Shown here: positions 1 through 13,909 of the stretch, piece by piece
How the letters are laid out: the number at the start of each line of letters is the position of its first letter
How positions within the stretch are numbered: the stretch's first letter is position 1
NCBI RefSeq assembly: GCF_009914755.1
Contig: NC_060925.1
Direction: 5' to 3' (one strand)
Length of the DNA: 64,000 nucleotides
Origin: the human T2T-CHM13v2.0 reference genome, Homo sapiens
The notes under the pieces: generated by a model
Databases searched by the model: none
The model's input: only the letters and a program-made list of their open reading frames with translations
Told to the model about the DNA's origin: nothing
Position numbers and translations under genes: made by a program

Positions 1-560
1 GGAAGCTGAACGCCCGGTGGGCTCCCGGGATGGTTCTTCCGGTTCTTTGTGCCGCCTTCACCCAGTGAAGGAGCCTGTATCCACCCTGCCCAGTCGCTGT
101 TGGGCTGCTGCGGAGCTTCCGCTGCCATCTTCGGATCCTGTGTTCCGCCCGGGGCTCCACCAGGGCAGGGATGGTGGTGAGGGTCGCTCGTGGGTCCCCT
201 GGCAGGGAGCAGGGTCTGGCACTCACAAGGGCGCACGACTAGGACTTGTCGAATGAATCCCTTGTCGCCTTTAGCTTTTAGTCCTTTGAAGAGAGGTGAG
301 AGTGGAAATCAAGAGATTTTTTTCCACGGGGAAGTTCTTTTTACAAAGCGTTGATTTCTTGGCACCCCGCGGGGCGGGCAACTGACACGACCTCCGGTGC
401 ACCTTCTGCGCTGTGGAGCCTCTGGGGCTCAGCTGGGCGGTGGTCGGGTCGTGGGGCGGTAGGGCGGGAGCGGGGGAAGGGAAAGCAAAAGCTGGAAAAG
501 AAGCAGGGGAGTTGTGAACCAGACATCCAGACCTCCTGAAGGGCTCGTGCAGACGTACAG
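1..560. promoter_or_regulatory. GC/CpG-rich block homologous to the 5' flank of the tRNA-Asn unit; probable tRNA-flank or lncRNA promoter region
   Basis: CpG-rich. Positions 1-60 (ggaagctgaacgccc...gccgccttca) match about 54446-54505, which lies upstream of the - strand tRNA-Asn. Confidence 0.5.
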
Positions 561-2839
561 GCGGGATCTTCTGGAAGTGAGAATTGTTTTTGTTTGTTTA
601 TCTATTGTAGCAGAATGGGGAAATGGAGAGAGAACCTGAAAGAGCCCCAAACTCGAGGACCTATTGCTCCCCAAGAATAACATCTTCCAGAACTAGACAG
701 AAAACTAGGCGTCTGGGAACCCTGAAATCCTTGGAGGAGTAGATCATCATGACCCTCTGTGTTCCTTTTGGCAAATGACTTGCTTCCATTGTTTGTTTGT
801 TCAATTGTCTGTTTGTTAAATAAATAAAACCCTTTTTATGTATCTTTAAAATTACATTGGTTCTATTATTTTATGATTACAAACGATGCTGCAGTCATCA
901 TTCTTGTACACTTCTCATTGGCCACTGGTGTATTTCTATAGGGTGGAGGCCTGGAGAGCAGTTGTTCCAGCATAGTGTTTACATAGCTTTTATTTAATTC
1001 CGTTTTCTTTCCTTTGTTGCTTTATTAGCTATAACCCTTCTCTTATTTCAGTGGCAGCTTTAGGGTTTCTGGGATACATCTTTAATTTATCACATTCTGC
1101 TTTCAAGTGTAATTATACCTCCCTTTCTGGCCTTTATCCTAGTGTTACGTATTTTTACTTTATGCATTATAAGTTTTGTGATTATCATTACCTTCATTTA
1201 TTATGTCAAATATTTTTAAAAAGATTTAAATTATAAGAAAATGTGTAGTACATGCTTTCTAAATGCCATTTCCAATATTTGTTTTTGTATAGGTCCAGAT
1301 TTTTATCTGGGATCCTTTTGCTTCTGCCTGGAGGACTCTTAAGATTTCTTGTAGCGTGGGTTGGTGAATTCTTTTAGTTTTTGTATGTTTTTCAATGTCC
1401 TTATTTCACTCACAGTTTTGAAATTTTATTTTTGCATAGAATTCTAGGTTAATTTTTTTCTCTAGTACTTTAAAAATGTTGCCATTTATGAAGCATTGCC
1501 ATTTAAAGTATCATCTTTCATGTGCTTGTGAAAATGGCATAAAGCCGGTTTCTTGTGCTGGTTATGTAATTTTCAGAATGTGTATTTAAATTTAAAATAT
1601 TAAATTTTCCTAAAAAACTAAAAATATTAATCATGAATGTCCTAGATTCATCTTAAATTCCACCAACAGTGCACTTAAAATGTGCCCAACCTGAGGGTCA
1701 AACCTACCTGCTGACATGTAATTTGTGTTTGTGAGACATTCTCAACAGCATTTGCTTTCCCCAGCTGAGTGATCTTCCTCACATCTGAATGTCTTCAGTG
1801 CAAAAGGAAATGTTTTTCTTCGCAAAAATACTTTCAAATACTCTTACTTCAAGGAAGTGCATTAAAAACAAACTTCTCATTTGCATCCCTGGAATTCAAA
1901 GCCCTAATCAAGTGCTTCAGGATCAAGAGCTAAACAGGGGAGGACAAAGCGTGGCTTCTTCACTAGGAGTCAAGCCAAAGTCAACTGGTTTGATCGCCAA
2001 CGTAGATCGGAACTCGGTTCACCAGCGACCTGAGGACCCGGCCCAGAAGAGGGAGTGTCTCTTCATGGTGCCTTCAGATAGAAAATCTCCTAGGATTTCT
2101 TTCTTTCCCTTTGATCTACTTCCAACTCTCCCTTTCTATTTCTTCAAGACCTTTTTCGGATCCCTACTGCGAAGGACCTAAGGGGCCGGTGCCCTTCCCC
2201 ACTGGTCCCTCCCTGCCTGGTGTCTTAGGAGCCCAAGCTCACCTGGAACATTACTGCCCGCCGGAGACAGCGAGAGGACCAAGGAGCGCGGCGGTGCGGT
2301 GGGAACCACAGCGTCACCGCTCACCTGCGCCTCGTGGGCTCCTAGAAAATTGAATAAATGCCCCCTGAAGCTTCTCTGCAGGTCACACGGAAGAGGAGGG
2401 TGGCTGCCGACACGCGGGAGAAGCTTCAAGAAGCGTCGGGAGGACCTACCTGGTCCTGCCCCTGGGCCTTGAAGACAGGCCTGGCCAGGCTGATTTGGTC
2501 CGGTAGTCTCAAAGAAAATGTTCAAGGGTGGCCCAAACCTCCACCCCAAGATTAAGGCTCTTAAATGTCTGACGGTTTTGAGACTCGTCAGTAGAATCAA
2601 TCCCGCCTGTATCAGGAGACTCCTTTGCCAAAATTCAAAGACCAAGAAAGAGAAAGATTGGGCAGGTTAAAGTCTGTAATTAACCAAACAGGAGACAGAA
2701 TTTTTCTGAGAAATTGTATGTGTGCTGTGAGAAAAAGACTAGCCTCAAGGAGAATCTGTTCTTTTGGCTTAATTGTAGGAAAGAATGGAATTGCCACCAA
2801 CAATGGTACGTTGAAACGGCAGGTGCATCAGGCTGTAGA

Positions 2840-3285
2840 TGTGAAGGAATTAAAAATATTTTACCCCAAAATACATTTCTTTGACATATTTTGAGATGTC
2901 TGTTCAGAAAGCCAGCTGCAGAAGTAGCCCTGCAAAGTTGTCTTTCGTTGGGGAGATTTGCATCTGTAGGGAATCTGCATTGATGCAGCCAAGTCTTTCC
3001 TTGCCCAGATCTAGGAAAGATTAACTGAGAGTCTGACAGCTGTAAAGGTCTGAAAGAAACTTTCAGAGCTTATTCTTTCTGAGAGCTGCTGCCTGTAAGG
3101 TTTCATTTACATATTAAGATCACCTTTGCTAGCCAGGCCTCCTCTTCTCTCCCTCCCATAACCTGTCTTGCCCACAATAAATGGATATACCTCTGACTCT
3201 AATGGTACCTGGTTTTGGCCATGCTTTGAGCCTTTATTCATTCTGTTAACTTGAGACGGTATATAAGCCTCTGCATCCCATTGTG
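2840..3285 (+). mobile_element. ERV1-class LTR (MER34/MER39-like), truncated by HERV-H
   Basis: Begins tgtgaaggaattaaaaatattttaccccaaaata, as recalled for MER34/39 LTRs. TATA-like tatataag near 3260. Confidence 0.6.
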
Positions 3286-3732
3286 TGTTTCACTCACGTC
3301 CATGTGAAGAGACCACCAAACAGGCTTTGTTTGAGCAACAAGGCTGTTTATTTCACCTGGGTGCAGGCGGGCTGAGTCTGAAAAGAGTCAGGGAAGGGAA
3401 ATAGGGGTGGGGCCATTTTATAGGATTTAGGTAGATAAAGGAAAATTACAGTCAAAGGGGGCTCTTCTATGGCGGGCAGGGATGGGTTCACAAGGTGCTC
3501 AGTGGGGGAGCTTTCTGAGCCAGGATGAGCCAGGAGAAGGAATTTCACAAGGCAATGTCATCAGTTAAGGCAAGGACCAGCCATTTTCACTTCTTTTGTT
3601 GTGGAATGTCATCAGAACAGGCCATTTAAATTTCACTTCTTTTGTGATTCTTCAGTTATTTCAGGCCATCTTGATGTCTACTTGCAGGTCACAGGGGATA
3701 TAATGGCTTAGCTTGGTCTCAGAGGCTTGACA
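3286..3732 (-). mobile_element. HERV-H 3' LTR (LTR7 family)
   Basis: The reverse complement starts tgtcaagcctctgagaccaagctaagcc and ends ...ggacgtgagtgaaa. On the - strand it is preceded by the PPT aagaagacaggaa. Confidence 0.9.
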
Positions 3733-4995
3733 TTCCTGTCTTCTTATATTAATAAGAAAAATAAAACAAAATAGTGTTGAAGTGTTGGGGCGATGAAAAT
3801 TTTTGGGGATGGTATGGAGTGATAATGGACGATGTTTCTCAGGGCCACTTTGAGCGGGATTAGGGGAGGTGTGGGAACCTAGAGCGGGAGAGGTTAAGCT
3901 GAAGGAAGATTTTGTGGTAAGGGGTGATATTGTGGGGTTGTTAGAAGGAGCATTTGTCATATAGAATTATTGGTGATGGCCTGGATACGGTTTTGTATGA
4001 ATTGAAAAAAGAACGGAATAAGACAAGGAGAAAAACAGGTATTAAAGGACTAAGAATTGGGAGGACCCAGGACATCCAATTAGAGAGTGCCCAAGGGGGT
4101 TCAGCATAGCCCTGCCATCAAAGATTATTTATTTACTTTAAGAGGGAGTTAAGAGTGGCAAATCTGGGGACAGCACCAGGAGATATAAGCTGTGATGGCT
4201 TGGAGAAACAGAGTAAACCGCCAGTTTAAACAAGAGCAGAGCATTTATGAGTAGTTGAGAACGGTGAATAGAAGTATGACTAGACAGAAGATAGTAGTGA
4301 TGACAAGTTTTTGGGGGCACAGTCCAAGTTGGTCTGGTGTCTGGAATGAGACTGGGGCCTAATAAAAAGGAACATCTATACAGGAGCTTAAATGGGCTGT
4401 ACCCTGTAGCATTCTGAGGACAGGCCCGAATTCTGAGAAGGCAAGTGGTAAAAGTATTGTCCAGTCCTTTTTAAGTTGGTGGCTGAGCTTGGTGAGGTGT
4501 GTTTTTAAAAGACCATTAGTCCGTTTTACCTTTCCTAAAGATTGAGGACCGTAAGGGATATGAAGGTTTCACTGAATACCAAGAGCCTGAGAAACTGCTC
4601 GGGTGATTTGACTAATAAAGGCCGGTCCGCTATCGCACTGTATAGAGGTGGGAAGGCTAAACTGATGAATGATGTCTGACAAAAGGGAAGAAATGACCGT
4701 GGTGGCCTTCTCTGACCCTGTGGGAAAAGCCTTTACCCATCCAGTGAAAGTGTCTACCCAGACCAAGAGGTATTTTAGTTTCCTGTCTCGAGGCATATGA
4801 GTAAAGTCAATTTGCCAGTCCTGGGCGGGGGCAAATCCCCTAGCTTGATGTGTAGGAAAGGGAGGGGCCTGAGCAATCCCTGAGGGGTAGTAGAATAGCA
4901 GATGGAACACTGAGAAGTGTTTCCTTGAGGATAGATTTCCACGATGGAAAGGAAATGAGAGGTTCTAAGAAACGGGCTAGCAGCTTGTAACTTAC
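3733..4995 (-). mobile_element. HERV-H internal fragment (integrase and env remnant); 5' part deleted
   Basis: ORF 4569-4910 encodes an integrase core (WQIDFTHMP...LLVWVDTFTGWVKAFPT...IQCDSGPAFIS) and is contiguous with LTR7. Confidence 0.9.
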
Positions 4996-5536
4996 TGTAG
5001 GAACACAAGATGACTGCTTTGGGGGTAGTGTTGGGTAGCTGCTATTGTGCTAAGGGCTGAAATTGACTGAAATTACCTACAATTTACCAACTGGGCCTTC
5101 CTCCAGAAGTTGCAAGCCATCAGTAGGCTCCAGAGCTCTGAAATATTTACATCAGACAGATCCTGCCTGTGCAGTTGTTGTCTAGATTCCAGGTGCTTCT
5201 CATTCCACCATCTTCCCAGGATACACTCTGAGCTTCTGGATTTTGAATTCAGTCAAGCTGTTCTGTAACAGCTGGGGTGAAAGCCAGCAATGATCCTGCT
5301 AAGAAAGCTCCCTGGAAAAAAAAAGTTCAAAAGTAACATAAATATCAAACTGGAAAGAAATTGATTTAGGAACCAAACCCAGGTTGTCATGGTGAAAAAA
5401 GGGGCAGAACCTTAGCTACTGAACTGCAGCCTGGGGTACGAGGTGACAACCATTGCTTTTTTAGTTTGGTTTGGCTAGCAAAGGTGGCCTTGTTATATAA
5501 ATAAAGCCCCTCTGGTAGTCAAAACCTTTATTTTCT

Positions 5537-5542
5537 CTCTCT

Positions 5543-5573
<31 letters not shown>

Positions 5574-5866
5574 GAGAAGGAGTCTTGCTCTGCTGTCCAG
5601 GCTGGAATGCAGTGGTGTGATCAGGGCTCACTGCAAGCTCCACCTCCTGGGTTCACACCATTCTTCTGCCTCAGCCTCCTGAGTAAATGGGACTACAGGT
5701 GCCAGCCACTATGCCCAGCTAATTTTTTTGTATTTTTAGTACAGATGTATTTTTAGTAGAGTTTCACTGTGTTTGTCAAGATGGTCTCAATTTCGTGACA
5801 TCATGATCCGCCTGCCTTGGCCTCCCAAAGTGCTGGGATTACAGGCGTGAGCCACCGTGCCCAATG
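5537..5866 (-). mobile_element. Alu
   Basis: Alu consensus with poly-T. TSD aaaacctttattttc at about 5522 and 5867. Confidence 0.95.
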
Positions 5867-6202
5867 AAAACCTTTATTTTCGTGATGGCTGCTTATTTAT
5901 TTATTTATTTATTTATTTATTTTTCTTTCCCTGCTCTCCCTCTTTTTAAATTTTTATTATTTATTTATTTATTTTTCTGCAGAGATTTATCCAATTCAGA
6001 GGTCTTGTCCCCATAATTTGGAACATTCCTTTGGATTTGATCAAGTCAGATAGAACTGGTCAAACCCAATGGGGAAAAGAAGGAAACAACAATAAAAACA
6101 AACAGAAAACAAAAAACAGTTCAGAAAATTAATGATCGCACAATTTATATGATTGCTTAGCACTCTAACGGTAAGAAGAAATTATGATCAGTTGGTTGTT
6201 AA

Positions 6203-6364
<162 letters not shown>

Positions 6365-7981
6365 TAGGAGAATTTCAAGACAAAACACAGGTTCAGTTAC
6401 TTACCTAGGAATAGGGCCCAGGCTGAAGACTGCTCTGTACCATCCTAGAAGCAGGAAAAAACTCAAACTCTCCTTCCCTCCTTCCCTGTTAGAAGTGAAC
6501 TGAAACCCCAGAAAGGAATTGCCTGCTCTCCATCATCATGGAAGCAGGAAAAGTTGCCTTCATTGTTGGAAGCAAGTAAAACTCCAGAAAATGAGTTGTA
6601 CAGCAAAATAAACCTTAGATCTCGATCAAATTTTGGGAAATCAGGGATTCTCTGGAGGGGGTGGATCTCTGAGGCCTCAGCAAATTTTCCTATTGGTTTG
6701 AGCAATAAAAATAGCTCAAGCTGGTACCAAGTACAGATAGGAGATTTGTCAAAGGTCAGGGCACCTCCACTCAGAATTCCTTCATGGTTATCAATTGTAA
6801 ACCAAAAAGTATGTGAGACAGGTCTGAATTGATTTAGAAAGCTTATTTTGGACTCTTACTCATAGGTAATTCTAGTCTTCATAGAAGTATAGCAGCCAGG
6901 TGCAAATTGTGGGGGCCTGGAAATAATTTTGGTATAACACAGATTAAATAATTTGTCTAAGCAATAGCTTGGCAACTTTGGGAGCCAAGTTGTAATCCTG
7001 GAAAGATTAATGCTTGGCCTGAGATGTAATAGCCACTCCTCCAGGTTGTCTTTTAATGTGGGAAGTAAGTTCTAGTGTGTTTCTGTAGTGTGGAACTTTT
7101 AGAAATAATATTCTTGTCACATTTGACAATACCCATGGCTGATCTAGACAAAATATCATCCACTCGCTGTTTAGCCCTGATTTGCATATGAGACTTTGTG
7201 CTAGTCATCTGGTAACTTTTCACTCAGCAGTGGGGATGAAGTAACTGAAACTCCAGAAAGAAGAGTTATTAGATACCTCAAAAATGATGAAGATATTAGA
7301 AGCCCTGGCCTTAGGGGTCCAAGGAAGAGCAAGGTTTGTGGGTAATAATCTGTATAAATCTGATAGGAAGCTATAAGGAGGACTCTTAGGACTTTGAGGT
7401 GGGTGAAGATTAGAGCCTGGATTAATCAAGGGCCTGTGGCTTCTAACACCATCAGTTGCCTGTACTCAGCCACCTTCAGCAGTGTTATCTGGCTCTAGAG
7501 AGCCATAGCATTCCAGGAAAGGAAAGAAGTCTGCACAAAGCCCTGATGTTTGTGTCCCCCCATCTAGACAGACATAGTAGCATGCAGGGACAAAGCAAAA
7601 GAGAAGAGTAGGCAGAGACAATGTGAATCTGTTCACCACATATTGTAAATGCATTTAAAAATATTGTTAGCCCATATTTGCAGGTAGCACTAATTATGAA
7701 GTTGTTGGACTGAGGACTTTATTTATTTGTGACTCTCACCATCTTCAAAGTCAGCAATGAAGAGTTTCTTCCTCATTGAATCACTAACACGTTTTGGATC
7801 TCTCTGACTTCCTAGTTTGCTGACCTCTGACCTCTAGATCCAGACTTTAAAGGCCCATGTTATTAGATTAGTCAACCTTTATAATCTCCCCATTTTAAGG
7901 TTAATTGTATCTGCAAAATCCCTTTGCCATACAATGTAATATAATTATGTAATTAGCAACCATAAGAAAGCTGAAGTGACT

Positions 7982-8481
7982 TTTAAACCAACCCAATTGT
8001 CCCATAGAACTGATGTTTACGGTTTCTTTTGAATAAACATAGAAATTGACCCTTTCAGTCTTGAAATTTGAGAAAGTTACATTTGTATTATCTGAGTTCC
8101 TTTCTCAGGAAACCAAGCGTTGGGCCCTCCAGATAGTATCAAAGAACTGAAATTTACCAGAGTACCACATCTGGACAATGAAATGTCAGACCCCTTATCC
8201 CATCAAAATTGCCTAAGTGACCACCTGCTTCCTGTTGACCAATTCCTCTTTCTTACCTCTCCCTAATTCCTGTTTTCCTGTATGTAGTTCCATTTCTTCC
8301 CTGCTATCTAAACCCTGAATTTTCATTGGTCAGGAAGATGGATTTGAGACTGATCTCCCATCTCCTAAGTTGTAGTACCTGATGAAAGCCTTCTTTCCTA
8401 GCAAAGCTAGTTGACTCAGTGATTGGCTTTCTGTGCAGTGAACAGCAAGACTTAAATCAAACCTCTGGTGTTTCAGTAGCA
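7982..8481 (+). mobile_element. ERV1-class solo LTR inserted into an L1
   Basis: LTR-like sequence (aaaccaacccaattgtcccatagaactgatg...tttcagtagca) splits the L1 ORF2 motif aagaaagctgaagtg...atcctaataccagacaaaata. Confidence 0.55.
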
Positions 8482-8920
8482 ACTATCCTAATACCAGACA
8501 AAATAAACAAGAGACTTTAAGACAAAAAAAGTTACTGAAGACAATGAGGGCTATTTTGTAATGATAAAAGGGTTAATCCATCAGGAAGAGAGTACAATTA
8601 TAAATACACATGCATCTAATAGAGCCTCAAAACACAGGAAGCAAAAAGTGACAGAATTGAAGGGAGAAATAGACAATTTAACAATAGTAGATGGAGACTT
8701 TAATACCACAACTTTCAATAGTGGATACAGCAACTACACAGAAGATCAATAAAGAAATAAAAGATTTAAACAACATAACCTACCAGACATCTATAGAATA
8801 CTCCACTCAACAAAAACAGAATACACTTCCTCTCAAGTACACACAGGATGTTCTATAGAATAGACCATATGCTAGCCTTTAAAATAAATCTTAATAAATT
8901 TAAAAGGACTAAAATCATAT
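8482..8920 (+). mobile_element. L1 ORF2 endonuclease fragment
   Basis: ORF 8561-8752 (MIKGLIHQEESTIIN...LKGEIDNLTIVDGDFNT) matches the L1 endonuclease domain. Confidence 0.85.
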
Positions 8921-9636
8921 AACTTCTGATATATCTCATAAACTAATACTATCACACACTATAGTTTCAGGTTAGCATGTAGGGTATGCAGTTTGTTGGT
9001 CCTGCTTCCTTCTGTTTGTCATGAATGTGGAGGTGACCATGATTACACATGTGTAGGCCAGTAGCCCAGGAAAGTCAGGCAGCTGAAGGGAAAGGACAGA
9101 TATTCCATAAGAGTCTCCCTATCTCAGTCTCAAAAAACCAGGGAGGAATTGATACATAGGAAGTGAAGAGTTACATCAGGGGATGACTTCTCTTCTGCCT
9201 ATCTATGCCTGTCTTTAAAACCTCAGTTTCTATCCCACTAAACCCCATTGCACAGGAAAACTGTTGATCACCGCCAACCACCACAGACTCATTAACTTGA
9301 TTTTTACCATGCTTTGTCTGAGAATATATCCTCAGGCCAATGCAAATCATTAGTGTTCCATAAAAACTGCTTCAAACACATAAAATAGTAACAGTTTATA
9401 AGTCATTCCAAATTAGGTGGCAACTACATGTATTTAAAGAGATATACATAAATTATTTCAGCAATTGTGACAAATTGGAAAGAAAGCATGTGGAGTTAGA
9501 ATGAAAATCATAAGTGACAAGCACAAAATATGTATACAGAGATTATAACACTAAGCAAACCACACATAGAAGAGGAGAGTGGGGTTAGGAGTTATGAATA
9601 TCAAGCTTGTCCTCAAGTTAAGTGAAAAGCCAGCAT

Positions 9637-9970
9637 GGGCCAGGTGTGGTGGCTTATGCCTATAATTCCAATGTTTTGGGAGGCCAAAGTGTGAGAATAA
9701 CTTGGGCCCAGGAGTTTGAGACCCACCTGGGCAACATAGTGAGACCCCATCTACACAAACACACACACAAAAAAACACACACACACACACAATAGCTGAG
9801 TGTGATGACATGTGCCTACAGTCCCGGCTATTCAGGAGGCTGAGGCAGGAGGATCACTTAAGCCTCGGAGTTTGAGGCTGCAGTGAGCTGTGATCATGTC
9901 ATTGCACTCCAGGTTGAGCAGCAGAGCTAGACCCTTTCTATTAAAAAAAAGCAAAAAAAAAAACAAAAAA
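9637..9970 (+). mobile_element. Alu (AluJ-like) with CA microsatellite in the linker
   Basis: Alu consensus and A-tail. Confidence 0.9.
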
Positions 9971-10059
9971 CTAACATGCTTCCCCAGTGGGGGAAATATG
10001 TCAGTATAACATTGGTTTGCAGCAAGAAGTATATTAAGATATTGACCAAAATCCTTTTA

Positions 10060-10625
<566 letters not shown>

Positions 10626-11392
10626 TAATATAAATGATGTGGAAATCTGGAGAACCAAAGAAGAACACCAAGACTATCTAAAAGTGTTAAATTTTTCATT
10701 AGGAAGAAAATGAATTCATGATAGTAATTAAGACAGCGATAGAACTTGGGGAAATATGTATTCCTTGATGTTTTCTATGCATTTGCAATAATAAACAATG
10801 AAAATATGGTTGAATTTTAGAAAGAGATAGGCCTGTGGTATTGTCACAAGGGTATACAAATACTGAGATTGACTTGCTGAGGCAGTGGTCTCCATTGGTG
10901 GTGACCTTCAGAAGAGACCTGTGTTTCCACATGGCCTAGACACCTGGAAGGCAGAGATCCTAACATTCCATGACACCCCCACCTTCTAATTCTGATTGTG
11001 ACTCCAGACCATTACCTGGCACTGGGTCTTACCTCTGGCATTCCTATCAGAGCCTGAACCACAGACAGTACCTTAGAGTCTAAGCTTAGATACCTTTGTC
11101 TTGTTTTTGTGGCTAAGGATTCTCAGAGTTGCGGGATGCTGATGAAATTTATCCCAAAAGTAAGTTATGAATCAGATCTGCTTTCTTTTGACTCATTTAA
11201 ATCCTTTGTTTAATGTAAAGAAACTTTATTGAGGTATAATTTACATACTATAAAATTTACCCATTATAATTGTACAGTTGAATAATTTTTAGTAATTTAC
11301 CCAAGTAGTGCAACCATTACCATAATCCATGCATTTGTTTTTAATTTATTATTTGTCTGGGTTCTGATTCTACTTCCACCACAAGCTTCAGC

Positions 11393-11570
11393 ATGGCAGT
11401 ATCTGCCACCACTTGTTTTGGTCCAAGGGCAGAAATGAGCATCCTGGAAACCAATCAGTACTTGCGCTCTGAACTGGAAAAGTGCAAACAGAACTTCCAA
11501 GACCTCACAGAGAAATTCCTGACATCCAAAGCTACTGCCTACTGCCTGGCCAATCACCTGCAGAAATGTA
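11393..11570 (+). pseudogene. NBPF-like first coding exon
   Basis: MAVSATTCFGPRAEMSILETNQYLRSELEKCKQNFQDLTEKF resembles the NBPF N-terminus (MVVSAGP..KAEMNILEINEKLRPQLAE). Donor gtaggt at 11571. Confidence 0.85.
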
Positions 11571-13230
11571 GTAGGTCCCAAAGGGGCATGGTCACCAAAG
11601 TGATAAATGATTGCCCATCTTTCCTCTGTGAAATGAAACACTGCGGACTTTATTCTCTATCAAAATTAATTTTATGCTAACTACACTCCCAGAAAGGTAG
11701 AAGTGGGCCTTTTACTCTCAATTTGCCAAGGACAGAAAAACTGAGGCACAAAGGTGTAAAGTTTGCAGGGTGAGTGTAGTGAGGAATAGAGACTAAAACC
11801 TTGGTTTAGGCATGAAACTGTCTTTCCCCTCTCAGCAATGAATATCAGATTCCACAAACATGTAACATCACTGTTGGTTAAAACATCTCAGGATTCGATT
11901 TAAACTTTTTTAAGAGCGCCCATTTGCAAAGCACTGTGCCAACAGCATCAGGGGTGATAGAAGTAATAGTATACCCTATCTGCCTTGAAGGAACTTAAAA
12001 CTAGCTATTCTCAACTGAGTCACAGATATGTGGAGATGTGAACTTCAATAGCAGACATGGAAAAAAGTCTTTATGATACCTGGATCAAGATTCTCTTCCC
12101 ACAAAAGTTCAGATAAGCCATTCCTCATGCTCTGGTTAGATTGAGGGTATTTCCAGAAAAATCAGAGACTTTGTAACACCCTTTCTGTCTCTCTCTGAGT
12201 ATCAACTTTACAGACAGCAAGCAACTGCAGGTGGACATCCAGGATCAGAGCTATGAGACATATGGCCAAAATGAGAACAAGGCCAAGTGGAACAGACTGC
12301 CATTCTCAATAGAAGGCCAGGCCAGGTTAGGGGCTGGCCCCTTCCTCTCCACAGTTAGCTCTCACATTTTTAAATCCACTGTAAAATCCCAAACCTGTTA
12401 CTAATAGTCAGGGAAGGGAAGCTGTAATGACAAGGAAACATGGGAACAAGGGCATGAGAGGAACAGGGATATTAGAAGAGGATTCTGGTTAACATAGAAA
12501 TTGAGTTTGTTTTCCAATTTCTACAATTATTTTAAAATACATCATTGTGTGGGGGGTGGCTAAAAGTTGCTGTCTAACTTACTGTCATAGAAAAGTAAAA
12601 CCAAAAGCCCACTTATTAAAGAAGTGAAAAGATGAGCTTTGGTGTGTGGAAAAACTAGTTTAAAAAAAAAACCTTCACTCATTATAATTGTAGGAAAAAA
12701 ATTTCTCAAGCTAGAGAAGAAGAAAGATATTACCTAAGACCCTAGTATAAAGGTATTATTGTGCAGTGATTAAAAAGCATATACCCTGGGGCCAAATTTC
12801 CTGGGTTCAAATCTAACTTATCATCACTGTGCCTCAGTTTTCTCATCTGTAATGGTAATAGAGTAGGAACTACCTCTTTGGATGGTGGTGATGATCATAT
12901 GATGATAATTCTTAAAAACCTACTGCAACAGTACCATGACAAACACTATGTGTTGGTTCTCCCTTTAAAACACCACCTATTAGCTTTTGGGCACATATCA
13001 TTTGGATCTTTCTCCTCTATATACAGTTTTACACAGCTGTATACAGATAAATGTTTAAATCTTTGAAATATTTTGGGATTATTGAAACTCCTGACACAGG
13101 AGGACCATCAGTCCTACCATTCTTAGTATCTTCCCAAACACACAGGAAGTCATTATTTCATGCCCTTATGTTCATGTTTTACTTAAGAGGCTGTAAGGCT
13201 TGGTAAATTGGCCTTAAGATTTGAAGTCAT

Positions 13231-13530
13231 GGCTGGGTGCATTGGCTCACTTACTGCAATCCCAGTACTTTGGGAAGCCAAGGTGGGTGGATCATTTGCA
13301 GTCAGGAGTTTGAGAGCAGCCTGGCCAACATGGTGAAGCCCTGTCTCTACTGAAAATACAAAAACTAGCAGGGTATGGTGGGACACACTTGTAATCTCAG
13401 CTACTTGGGAGGCTGAGGCAGGAGAATAACCCGGGAGTCAGAGGTGCAGTGAGCCGAGATTGTGCCACTGCCCTCCAGCCTGGGCAAAAAAGTGAGATTC
13501 CATCTCAAAAAAAAAAAAAAAAAGAAAAGA
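13231..13530 (+). mobile_element. Alu
   Basis: Alu consensus and A-tail. Confidence 0.9.
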
Positions 13531-13806
13531 AAAACATGTGGCGTCAGACCTCAGGGGATGTGAATTCTGACTGCCTCATTCCAGCTGAATCATCTTGTCA
13601 AGTGACTTTATCAGGCTTTTCTTTCCTCATCTCTAAAACAGGGAGTAGTTGAGAGACTGAGGAATACAGATATGGAAATCCCAGCGTAAAGCCTCGTACT
13701 GGGGATACTTTTATCCTTGAGATAGACCCTGCCTCCTGCCCTGCAGGCAGTGACCACAGCAGCATGGCCAGCCTTCCATGATGCAGGCATGTCTATCTTT
13801 TCTCAG

Positions 13807-13909
13807 AGTGTGAAGAGTGCAAAGACCTTATAGAATCTGTGCTGGAGGAGGAGGTGCAGTTTCAGGAGAGGGAGCTGGCCGAATTGCCGAGGTCAGCTGC
13901 AAGGCTCCG
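13807..13909 (+). pseudogene. NBPF-like exon (103 nt)
   Basis: Bounded by ttttctcag and gtaagg. Reads KCEECKDLIESVLEEEVQFQERELAELPRSAARLR, compared with NBPF [28 protein letters not shown]. Confidence 0.85.

Noticed and set aside
1530-2000. Non-repetitive block as the conserved NBPF upstream promoter
   Set aside because: Plausible by position, but I cannot confirm homology from the sequence alone.
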